Shown: piece by piece, positions 56,474 to 64,000 of the stretch
How positions within the stretch are numbered: the first letter of the stretch is position 1
Layout: every line of letters begins with the position of its first letter
Virus record (IMG/VR): IMGVR_UViG_3300037297_000066
Span: 62,001 to 126,000 of that record
DNA: 64,000 bases
Reading direction: 5' to 3' (one strand)
Notes under the pieces: generated by a model
The model's input: only the letters and a program-made list of their open reading frames with translations
What the model was told of the DNA's origin: nothing
The model's database searches: none
Translations under genes and position numbers: made by a program

Positions 56474-56734
56474 ATGGCGCAGCTCATCAGACGCACCAAA
56501 CAAGGAAAAGTACTCTCCACCCGAGAGGTATCCTTCGGAGTCTTTCCTGAAGACCCCCCATACCTTGGTGTGAGGACGGTACCTGAAGGCATCGCTAACT
56601 ACGAGATTGTACTCAAGCTAACTCCTGGAGAAGCCTTCATCCTCTCCCGAAACCTGGTGCGGGTCCTCGACGAGACGCACCAGAAACGACAAGGGCGCCT
56701 CAGGACTCTTTGGGAACGATTGATGGACTTCTGA
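56474..56734 (+). CDS. Hypothetical with W-tag (RTLWERLM)
   Basis: TGATG-coupled; tag. Confidence 0.6.
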   Translation: MAQLIRRTKQGKVLSTREVSFGVFPEDPPYLGVRTVPEGIANYEIVLKLTPGEAFILSRNLVRVLDETHQKRQGRLRTLWERLMDF

Positions 56735-57491
56735 GGAACTTGTAGACGGTCCCGTAGGGTTCTTGCTTCGAGAGGGCTATGCGAAGGGCCGCCTCTAGAA
56801 CCTTCATAGCCTTAGTCTGGCTCCACAGCATGAAGAGGTAGCCGGAGCCCGTGAAAATAGGAGCCAAAGTCTCGGCCGTCAGAGCTCCCCCCTTCCACTG
56901 AGCGATGGCCAGATTCATGGCGTATCCCCTAGCCTCCCAACGAGTCCGCCAGGTGGAGGGCCAAGGCACCATGAACAAGGCTGCCATCAAGAGCCAAAGG
57001 GCACCCCATTCAGCCGCCAGACTAAGGTAGCCGGCAGACCCTATAGAGGCAGCAAGAATCACGTAGAAGAGCGATACGTGTAGCCGAGCCAGCACACAGC
57101 CCAGCAGGTAGCCCCCCAAAGGAATGAGCAGGATCCCGCTTAAGTTGAACTGAAAGATGGCGAACATCAGCAAAGGGAATACGATCAAGAGCTGGGGCAA
57201 GAAGTAGCTCAAGGAAAACCATACTCCATGCTTCTTCCGATCGTGTATGTGCACAAACTCGTGAGCTAAGGTCACGAAAGTCAACACAGCGTCCTTTTGA
57301 TAGAGCTTCCGGGGGAAGTACACGGTAGTTCCCAGAGTCGTGGTGAATTCTGTCATGAACGAGGGACAGAAGGGGTACACCAAGAACCCCACCAGCCGCA
57401 TGAGCCACGACTGCTCTTTCCACTTCACTTGGAAGGAAGGGTACTTCTTCCGGACTACGCTCTCGAAAAAGGCAATCGTTTCTCTATCCAT
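56700..57491 (-). CDS. Membrane protein with HExxH metalloprotease-like motif
   Basis: LAHEFVHIHD, several TMs, RWEARGY. Confidence 0.65.
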   Translation of the reverse strand: MDRETIAFFESVVRKKYPSFQVKWKEQSWLMRLVGFLVYPFCPSFMTEFTTTLGTTVYFPRKLYQKDAVLTFVTLAHEFVHIHDRKKHGVWFSLSYFLPQLLIVFPLLMFAIFQFNLSGILLIPLGGYLLGCVLARLHVSLFYVILAASIGSAGYLSLAAEWGALWLLMAALFMVPWPSTWRTRWEARGYAMNLAIAQWKGGALTAETLAPIFTGSGYLFMLWSQTKAMKVLEAALRIALSKQEPYGTVYKFLRSPSIVPKES

Positions 57492-57551
57492 TGCTTTCCC
57501 CTACGTGGTAGGCTGCTTCACCATCTATACCAAGTCACAAGAGATTTCGGA

Positions 57552-58106
57552 ATGCCGTGTTACGACCATACCCTGATACAGACCCTTGTCCTAGACAAGA
57601 GTGGCAGTTTGTCCAACCACTATGAGTGCAATCCCTTGGGCAGTCACTACATGCTGCGATCCAAAAAGATACACTTACTATGGGGCAACCTGCAGATCAA
57701 TGTGTCTCCGATCCGATGGCCCAATGAGGACATGCTAAACCAACACTTGGTCCGGGCCTACCGTCGGGTTTCCAGAGACTGTTCCAACGGAATCGACCAT
57801 CAAGCCATCTGGGCCCACATGAAGAAACACCCCGAGTTCCTGGGAGCCACTGAAGGAACTCGAAAGGTTCAGATCATCTGCAAACCCGCAGATGGGGAAC
57901 GGCTGGCCGAAGCTTGGCATTTCCTGAGTCCCATCATCTACACCACCAAGTTCATGGGGGAAGCCCCCTACAAGGATCTCGGGGGTTACCTACTCATGCC
58001 TCCCCCTGAGCTCTTGGGTTTCTCTCCAGTGCGAGGGGATGAGTACGGGTTTTTCGTACGGGAATCCAGAAAAGTCCTGTGTGTTCACTCACTTGGTGTA
58101 CGATAA
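57552..58106 (+). CDS. Hypothetical protein (start MPCYD)
   Basis: 3' part of ORF 57297-58106; the 5' extension overlaps the opposite-strand gene. Confidence 0.55.
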   Translation: MPCYDHTLIQTLVLDKSGSLSNHYECNPLGSHYMLRSKKIHLLWGNLQINVSPIRWPNEDMLNQHLVRAYRRVSRDCSNGIDHQAIWAHMKKHPEFLGATEGTRKVQIICKPADGERLAEAWHFLSPIIYTTKFMGEAPYKDLGGYLLMPPPELLGFSPVRGDEYGFFVRESRKVLCVHSLGVR

Positions 58107-58109
58107 CAC

Positions 58110-58709
58110 ATGTCGGCTGAGCTCATTCAGCAAGCTGTCCGGGAAAGACTGTTCAAGAGCCTCGTGTTCGATCTCGTAGGTGAGGGGGAGCCTCTTTACG
58201 AGATGCCCAACCCCAAAGGGATCTGGTACCTGTCCTGGGCCACCAGACCTGATGCTGAGATCCGATGGAGGAAAGCCAAGATCCACAGGAAGGACAACTT
58301 GTTTCGACCCCCTTACACTAGGCTTGGTTTACTGAATCGGCTACAGGGGACGATCGAGCAGGGACTTGCTAGCGGAGAGCGTTTGACCAAAGCCCTTCAG
58401 AAAATCCCCAAACTCAACAACGCGCACATCGTGGTCTACTACAAACGTGAATCGGCTCCTCCACCGACCACAGTGGCCTTCGGGGTAGTGGCTACCCCAC
58501 GAAAAGTAAAGCTCGCCAAGCTCCGAGACAACGCCATCCAGAAAGCCTGCACAGGTGCCGAGCTCGAACTGAACATCCCTGGCTGGGCCAATCCCTTGGA
58601 GCTTTGGATCAGAGAACTCCTAAGTGTTGCCAAAAAGACCAGCGCTTGGGACCTCATCTTAGAGGATTCGCTGTTCACTCCCCCCACTCGGGAAACCTCA
58701 CTGGCTTAG
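58110..58709 (+). CDS. Hypothetical with W-tag (TSAWDLIL)
   Basis: GGTG-TACGAT-N5-ATG. Confidence 0.7.
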   Translation: MSAELIQQAVRERLFKSLVFDLVGEGEPLYEMPNPKGIWYLSWATRPDAEIRWRKAKIHRKDNLFRPPYTRLGLLNRLQGTIEQGLASGERLTKALQKIPKLNNAHIVVYYKRESAPPPTTVAFGVVATPRKVKLAKLRDNAIQKACTGAELELNIPGWANPLELWIRELLSVAKKTSAWDLILEDSLFTPPTRETSLA

Positions 58710-58932
58710 CTCGGCCTTGCTTGACCCATTTGAGGCTGGAGTCAGGGTTGTCATCCTGTTGATGCATGAGAGCATCGTAAAACCGGACGCAATACCGAAC
58801 GATCTCAGCTTTGCTCTTGGCCCCCGTTCGCCGCATCAAGCTTTCCAGCTGAGCTACCTCTTTAGCCGTGAGGTCAATCGAGAAGCGGGTTCCCCGGCCT
58901 AGACGAGGCGGACGCTTGAAAGGTTCAGCCAT
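58675..58932 (-). CDS. Ribbon-helix-helix (CopG-like) regulator
   Basis: RFSIDLTAKEVAQLESLMRRTGAKSKAEIVR. Confidence 0.6.
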   Translation of the reverse strand: MAEPFKRPPRLGRGTRFSIDLTAKEVAQLESLMRRTGAKSKAEIVRYCVRFYDALMHQQDDNPDSSLKWVKQGRAKPVRFPEWGE

Positions 58933-58973
58933 ATGTACCGATATACACCAAACCGGTGTATCTTTCTAGAGCG

Positions 58974-59441
58974 ATGCCTTCCGACGACATCAGGAATAGA
59001 TCCAAGCGGTACCGCCATAATGTACCAGAAGGCTACTGCCCCTGGTGCTGTCTGCCCAAGGAATACGATCCCGGCCACACACCCCCTGGCTATTTCAGGA
59101 ACCAAAGCTTTAACACAAGCTCCTCCGAGTTTCGGCAATTCATGAAAGCCAGAAGGGAACAGTACCAAAGGGCCATCGATCTGCTGCCCGTGGCCGAACT
59201 GCTGAAAATGCCTGAACCGGTCAACTCTTCTTGGAGACTGACCATCTACCAACGAGCTTTTGCAAAAGCTTCCTCCAAACCTGCCAAGACTGCTTGGGAC
59301 CATCTCATGGAACGGGAGCCCGAATTCGACCTCTCGCCTGACGAGTTCCAGACTCAAGTCCAGAAGCTCATCAACACAGCCCGAAAGGCTGGTCTGTCAG
59401 TGGGCCTGATCCGAACCATCCTGGATGGGATGATCCTCTAG
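58974..59441 (+). CDS. Hypothetical with internal W-tag (KTAWDHLM)
   Basis: Divergent class B motif; CPWC. Confidence 0.6.
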   Translation: MPSDDIRNRSKRYRHNVPEGYCPWCCLPKEYDPGHTPPGYFRNQSFNTSSSEFRQFMKARREQYQRAIDLLPVAELLKMPEPVNSSWRLTIYQRAFAKASSKPAKTAWDHLMEREPEFDLSPDEFQTQVQKLINTARKAGLSVGLIRTILDGMIL

Positions 59442-59803
59442 TCATCCGCCAGGAGACGGTCCCAAACCGAAGGCTTACGAAGGTAGGCAGCCTTGGCCCT
59501 ACTCCGACGTTTCTCTTGCTTCCTGAGCGTCTTGAGGGCCTGGACCTCCTCAGGGTCGTCTTCCCACTCCTCGGGCTCAGGGAGGGCCTCCTCGGGCTCG
59601 GGAAGGGACTCCTCGGGCTCGTCAGAGGGGGCCGGGGGCACCCATCCTTTGGGTTTACGGATCACCCGGGTGACGACCCGATGCGTGGACGCAAAATCCT
59701 CGGAAGCGTCCTGGCACTCCTTTTGTTTGAAGGAGGCCAAAGACGGAAGGTCTGTCCAACCCCTAGCCCGGTGACAGTACTGGACCACGTAGTAACGGGG
59801 CAT
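59438..59803 (-). CDS. Hypothetical with W-tag (PSVWDRLL)
   Basis: GGTG-TATGGT-N5-ATG; tag. Confidence 0.7.
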   Translation of the reverse strand: MPRYYVVQYCHRARGWTDLPSLASFKQKECQDASEDFASTHRVVTRVIRKPKGWVPPAPSDEPEESLPEPEEALPEPEEWEDDPEEVQALKTLRKQEKRRSRAKAAYLRKPSVWDRLLADD

Positions 59804-59926
59804 GCCTCACCATACACCGTAGAAAGATCAGGATCTCTTGATTTTACCAGAAAAAGAAAAGGACTCTTCGACCTGAAAAACGGCTCCTCTGGTGTACTGT
59901 CTTAAGAGATCTCTCCGGAGGGACGT

Positions 59927-60436
59927 ATGGCTACAAGACGGGGCAAAAAACAACGTGTTTCATTCAAGAAGGTAAAAGGCGGAAGCTGGAACCTTCTGGA
60001 TGTGGCCGCATTCATTGTCCAGGTCCACGAAGAGGTCACTGGGAATCCTCAGATCACCTCGATCAAACTACATCGGCTGCTCTACTACGTTCAAGCGGCA
60101 AGTTTCGTTTGGGACGGCCGTCCGCTATTTGACGAGTCCATCCAAGCCTGGGCAAACGGCCCCGTGGTACCCGCCATCTACCGACTCCACAACGGCAGCT
60201 TCAAGCTCACGGAACCATGGCCTGAAGAGGGCCAGCCAGATCGGCTCGACAAAGACGCTATCGGGGTCATTGACGGAGTGGTGCGGTGGTACGGCCGAAT
60301 GAGCACTTACGAGTTGAGTAAACGGGTACAAAGCCAGAAGCCCTGGCTAGACGCACGCTCCCGAGGGCAACGCTGCGAGGAAATCATCACGACCGACGCT
60401 ATTTTGGAGTTCCATAGAAGTGTCGGGTTCGAGTAG
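59927..60436 (+). CDS. Panacea (DUF4065/SocA/GepA-like) antitoxin-domain protein
   Basis: ITSIKLHRLLYYVQ...LFDESIQAWANGPVVPAIY...PW. Confidence 0.85.
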   Translation: MATRRGKKQRVSFKKVKGGSWNLLDVAAFIVQVHEEVTGNPQITSIKLHRLLYYVQAASFVWDGRPLFDESIQAWANGPVVPAIYRLHNGSFKLTEPWPEEGQPDRLDKDAIGVIDGVVRWYGRMSTYELSKRVQSQKPWLDARSRGQRCEEIITTDAILEFHRSVGFE

Positions 60437-60447
60437 ACTCCCCTTCC

Positions 60448-60639
60448 ATGTCAATGCGAAAAGCCCGGTGCCCCAAGTGCCGGGCCTTCAAGGTCAAGAT
60501 CCTTCGAGCCAACCTGAAGTCTCTGGCCAACACGACTCAAGCCACTGTTCAGTGTGAGGAGTGTGGCCACGAGTGGGAGATGACGGTTCTAACCGAGAGG
60601 GGTAAAGAGCGTCGAGCCCAAGGACGGTTGAGAGTCTGA
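60448..60639 (+). CDS. Zn-ribbon protein
   Basis: CPKC...CEECGHEW. Confidence 0.65.
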   Translation: MSMRKARCPKCRAFKVKILRANLKSLANTTQATVQCEECGHEWEMTVLTERGKERRAQGRLRV

Positions 60640-60641
60640 AG

Positions 60642-60944
60642 GTGTCGAAGCCCCCCACCACACTCGAAGAAGCCTACAAGGCTCTCGATGAGATGCTCAA
60701 TTCAGAGGATCTGGAGTACATCGATAGTTCCCCTGAAGCCAAGGCAATGGGGCGTTTTCACAACAACTTAGGCAGGCATCTGAGAAACGAGTGGGGGCTC
60801 TGGAACGGTTCACTTCTGAAGGAGAAACTTCGTCAGGAATTTGGAGTCAACCATCCAGATGACCTTAGCCACCACCTGCTAATAGGCTACTGGCACTACC
60901 GTCACCAAGGAAAGACCATGTGGGAACGGCTCCAGGAAGGGTAG
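60642..60944 (+). CDS. Hypothetical with W-tag (KTMWERL)
   Basis: LGRHLRNEWGLW...HPDDLS; tag. Confidence 0.65.
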   Translation: MSKPPTTLEEAYKALDEMLNSEDLEYIDSSPEAKAMGRFHNNLGRHLRNEWGLWNGSLLKEKLRQEFGVNHPDDLSHHLLIGYWHYRHQGKTMWERLQEG

Positions 60945-60958
60945 AGTAGGTACCTTCG

Positions 60959-61339
60959 ATGGAAGGATCGGTTCTACACAACAAGCACCTGGACTTGGAT
61001 ACGTGGGCGGATTTCTTGGATCGATGCTCTTCGAGGTACGTTTCAAGACGACCTCATCTGACGTGCCCCCGAGGCTGCAAGCCCATTGAGATAGTGTCGG
61101 AGCCAGGCCACGCTGATGCGGGATACTGTCCCCGCTGCATGATTCGTTTTCAAATCCCTCTCACCTGGCATGAACGCCTTTTGGAACTGAAACCCAAGTA
61201 TGCCCCTGGCCAGGTTAGCCACTGGACAACGCTCTCCTATAGCGACGCCACCGTCACCAACGCACCTGTCATCTGGCAAAGCTCCACCCTTACCATCAGC
61301 ACTATTTACAGTACCTCCTCAAGAAACACCTTCCTATGA
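60959..61339 (+). CDS. Zn-finger hypothetical with internal tag (LTWHERLL)
   Basis: CPRGC...CPRC. Confidence 0.55.
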   Translation: MEGSVLHNKHLDLDTWADFLDRCSSRYVSRRPHLTCPRGCKPIEIVSEPGHADAGYCPRCMIRFQIPLTWHERLLELKPKYAPGQVSHWTTLSYSDATVTNAPVIWQSSTLTISTIYSTSSRNTFL

Positions 61340-62133
61340 TCATTGGAATTACAGGCTTGAGCCAAACTCCGGACAGACGAAACAGATGGTGCATGGGTAG
61401 CGGCAAGGATACTGTTGCAGACCTTGTTCTTTCCCGAGAAGGGTGGGTCAAGGTAGCCTTGGCAGACGCCATGAAGCGATTTGTCCGAGACCTTTACTCC
61501 TTTACGGACGAGCAGTTGTGGGGGCCCTCCGAAATGAGAAATGCTCCCGACAAACGCTACCCCAGAGAGAAACACCACTGGTACGAATGGGACGAACATC
61601 ACCCAGAGATCTACTGCACAGATTGTGGGATGCTTCTGAAGGACTACAAGAACAGCAAGGAAACCCCTTGCTACCTGAGTCCTAGACTGGTGTTGCTTTC
61701 CTTGGGTAACTGGGGTCGCAAACTGTACCCTAGAACTTGGGCTCCTAAGGTACTGGACATTGCCCAAGCGCTACTAAAGTCGCAGATTTACCAAAACGGC
61801 GAACTGTACGCCCAAAACAGGTTCTTGCCTGGTTGGCACGGATACTCAGCCCAGCTGGGTCTTCTGCCAGTAGGACTTGGGCCCCCTAACAAGGGCGTTC
61901 TCATTTCGGACGTTCGCTATCGGGAGGAGTGTCTAGCCATCCAAGAAGCTGGGGGCAAGATCATACGAGTCAAAAGAATCCAAACGGAACCCCCTAAAGT
62001 CGGTGTATTGTCAGACAGTACGGAAAGAGATCTCCTCACCTGGGGGGATGACAAGTTCGACTACATCCTCCCCAACAACCGGTTGGAGGATCTTCCTGCC
62101 CAGGTAGCCCGGATGCTTGAACAACTAGCGTGA
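61336..62133 (+). CDS. Phage-type deoxynucleoside monophosphate kinase
   Basis: MIIGITG...GSGKDTVAD, ALADAMKR, LISDVRYREE, GGKIIRVKR. Confidence 0.85.
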   Translation: MIIGITGLSQTPDRRNRWCMGSGKDTVADLVLSREGWVKVALADAMKRFVRDLYSFTDEQLWGPSEMRNAPDKRYPREKHHWYEWDEHHPEIYCTDCGMLLKDYKNSKETPCYLSPRLVLLSLGNWGRKLYPRTWAPKVLDIAQALLKSQIYQNGELYAQNRFLPGWHGYSAQLGLLPVGLGPPNKGVLISDVRYREECLAIQEAGGKIIRVKRIQTEPPKVGVLSDSTERDLLTWGDDKFDYILPNNRLEDLPAQVARMLEQLA

Positions 62134-62783
62134 ATGACAGCTGTCAAACAGGTAGATGATGTCGGAGTACATCGACAAGAGAACGAAAATCACAGACGAT
62201 AACGCTGCCGAGTGCGCAATGGCGTTGCGTTCGATGGAAAAGGATCGAGACAGCCTTGTCGAAAAACTGAGACACTACCCGATCGAGATGTGCTTCGGAG
62301 GTCTGCGTTATGTGTTCTCTCAGGCAAACGAGTTGGATTCCCTTATTTCCCGACTTGACGTCTTGCTCACGGCCTACTGCGCTAAGAAGAGCAAGTCGAG
62401 AGGTTAGTTGTCAAACAGGGTGATGGTGATGGAATATAAGCTCTACTTGACTGAGGTGACTGTTGCAGGAAGCGAAGAATGGATTCCCTGCGGCGAACAC
62501 CCAACGCAGGATCGTCAACTTGCGGAACGCCGGCATGAAGAATGGGCCCGTGGAAATCCGCATCTAGTGTTTCGGATAGCGTCGTTCTCTCGTGACGAGC
62601 CGTCTAAGTAACCGTCAGAAAGGGAGACTGATGAAGACAGACGGAATACTGGGGCTCATCATCGTCCTGGCCGCGGCTGGACTGATGGTGACTACCTGCA
62701 CAGCCGCCAACCGGATTGTGTGGAGCATCGAGGATGCTGCACGAATCTGTGCGCCCAAGTAACTGTCAGACAGACGCAGGACC

Positions 62784-63116
62784 ATGAACCACTGGAAGTT
62801 AGCTACCAACGAGTTCAAGCTGCCGTGGTACGTACAAGAACCCTACAACGGTTGTAATGGTGGACGGATGCAACACTCAGTCGTCGATGACGACGGGTGC
62901 CTTGTGTGCGAGTGTGATGGTGAAGACGAAGGTCTACAGGTAGCCGTCGCCATCGTGACTGCAGCCAACCGCTCGGGGCCTCGTATCTGCCATCACTGCG
63001 GGAAGCCGGCAACGTGCTTCGGCTCTTATGAAGACAACCTGCATCCAGCCTTCGCCTGTGATGAGTGCTGTGGTCACGGCAACGAGGATGGTTGGTGTGA
63101 GCCAGTAGAGGAATAG
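62784..63116 (+). CDS. Cys-rich hypothetical
   Basis: CHHCGK...CDECCGH. Confidence 0.55.
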   Translation: MNHWKLATNEFKLPWYVQEPYNGCNGGRMQHSVVDDDGCLVCECDGEDEGLQVAVAIVTAANRSGPRICHHCGKPATCFGSYEDNLHPAFACDECCGHGNEDGWCEPVEE

Positions 63117-63124
63117 GAACTGTC

Positions 63125-63412
63125 GTGACGACTCCCGACCCAGAACGACCGTTTGAACCTGATTGGGCAAGCCCCCCAGGAGCCACCATCACTGATCTTA
63201 TGTTTGTACGTGGCGTGACACGAGCTAAGTTGGCTTCCCAGTTGGGGATCAACCTGCCAGAAGTAGACAAGCTGTTGTCGGGTGAACGCCATATGACGGC
63301 TTGTGACGCTTTGGGGTTGGAGGAAGTGTTTACGGTACCCGTGAGCTTCTGGTGCCGGCTTGAGGTTCAGTATCGCAAGACTCTTAAACGGCTTGAACAC
63401 AAGGCCGAGTGA
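63125..63412 (+). CDS. HigA-like HTH antitoxin
   Basis: SPPGATITDLM...RAKLASQLG...ALGLEEVFTVPVSFWCRLEVQY. Confidence 0.85.
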   Translation: MTTPDPERPFEPDWASPPGATITDLMFVRGVTRAKLASQLGINLPEVDKLLSGERHMTACDALGLEEVFTVPVSFWCRLEVQYRKTLKRLEHKAE

Positions 63413-63414
63413 CA

Positions 63415-64000
63415 ATGAGTGAAGCAGTTGACACTTCAGTGACGTCTGAGAATCTGAGTGAACTCTTCGAAGAGCCCTCAATCGAAGACGCTGTTCAAGC
63501 ACGCAGGGGCTGGTACTACTCCCAAAAAGGTTTCGTGGATGAGTGGGATGAGTGGCACTCCAGTGACTACTGGGAGGCCGAACGAGTTCTGTGGGAAACC
63601 CCCTTACGAGGCATTCGTTCAAACCTCCGACAACACTACTACGGACTCCCTTGGTCAGCCCAGCTCAAATACAGGCTTACGATCTACGGTAAACGTGACA
63701 AGAACCGAAGACTTCGTCCTGTGAGGTTCACCCCTGAGCTCCGCTTCGGTCAAACTCGGATCTACCTACCCTCGGTCAACTGTGCCTCTTTGAAGACGGC
63801 GTTTCGAAGAGCCGACGCTCACCCTGAGTTGAAAGCCCGGGTCCGAGAGTTGATGAAAAAGGTCTATAGCAAGAGAGAAGCCGCCTGTGTCTTTCGAAGA
63901 GTGGGTGGGCACAAAGACACCCCCATACGTACAGCTTGGGAACGAGTACTGACAGGACCTCCAGAGTGGTGTCCCTGGGCTACCTTGTTTCACGCCTATG
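63415..64000 (+). CDS. Hypothetical protein, partial (runs off the window end; missing from the ORF track); contains RTAWERVL
   Basis: Manual translation from ATG 63415 (MSEAVDTS...) is open to the end of the window. Confidence 0.7.
   Translation, partial: MSEAVDTSVTSENLSELFEEPSIEDAVQARRGWYYSQKGFVDEWDEWHSSDYWEAERVLWETPLRGIRSNLRQHYYGLPWSAQLKYRLTIYGKRDKNRRLRPVRFTPELRFGQTRIYLPSVNCASLKTAFRRADAHPELKARVRELMKKVYSKREAACVFRRVGGHKDTPIRTAWERVLTGPPEWCPWATLFHAY

Noticed and set aside
1-64000. tRNA, rRNA, IS/transposase, capsid, terminase or polymerase genes
   Set aside because: None recognised by eye; the phage assignment therefore remains an inference, and tRNAscan-SE/HMM searches were not run.

Overview
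A gene-dense 64 kb stretch of moderately GC-rich DNA, mostly short hypothetical ORFs in frequently switching orientation. It reads as the accessory region of a large (jumbo) phage or phage-like element. This is an inference: no capsid, terminase or polymerase gene is in the window, and the host is unknown. Recognisable genes: four peptidoglycan enzymes (SLT-like, PG-binding lysozyme-like, GT51 transglycosylase, M15 peptidase), radical SAM, ABC-type ATPase, 2H phosphoesterase, DEDDh exonuclease, NDT-like/NUDIX fusion, HNH, SPFH, XerC/D-like recombinase, dNMP kinase and two apparently orphan antitoxins. The centrepiece (37.4-49.1 kb) is a type I-C-like CRISPR locus. It has two arrays of about 28 repeats each, with unusually variable repeats and a duplicated ~210 bp leader. 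Between them lie cas5c-cas8c(cas11c)-cas7c but no cas3, cas1, cas2 or cas4. Directly after cas7 come an HD-less, non-Cas3 SF2 helicase, a coupled methyltransferase-like ORF and a small wHTH protein. Separately, about 28 unrelated proteins share a short, mostly C-terminal peptide tag ([ST]-x-W-[DE]-R-[LI], then acidic residues), and two classes of repeated promoter-like motifs sit just upstream of start codons. All annotation is by eye from motifs; no database searches were run.
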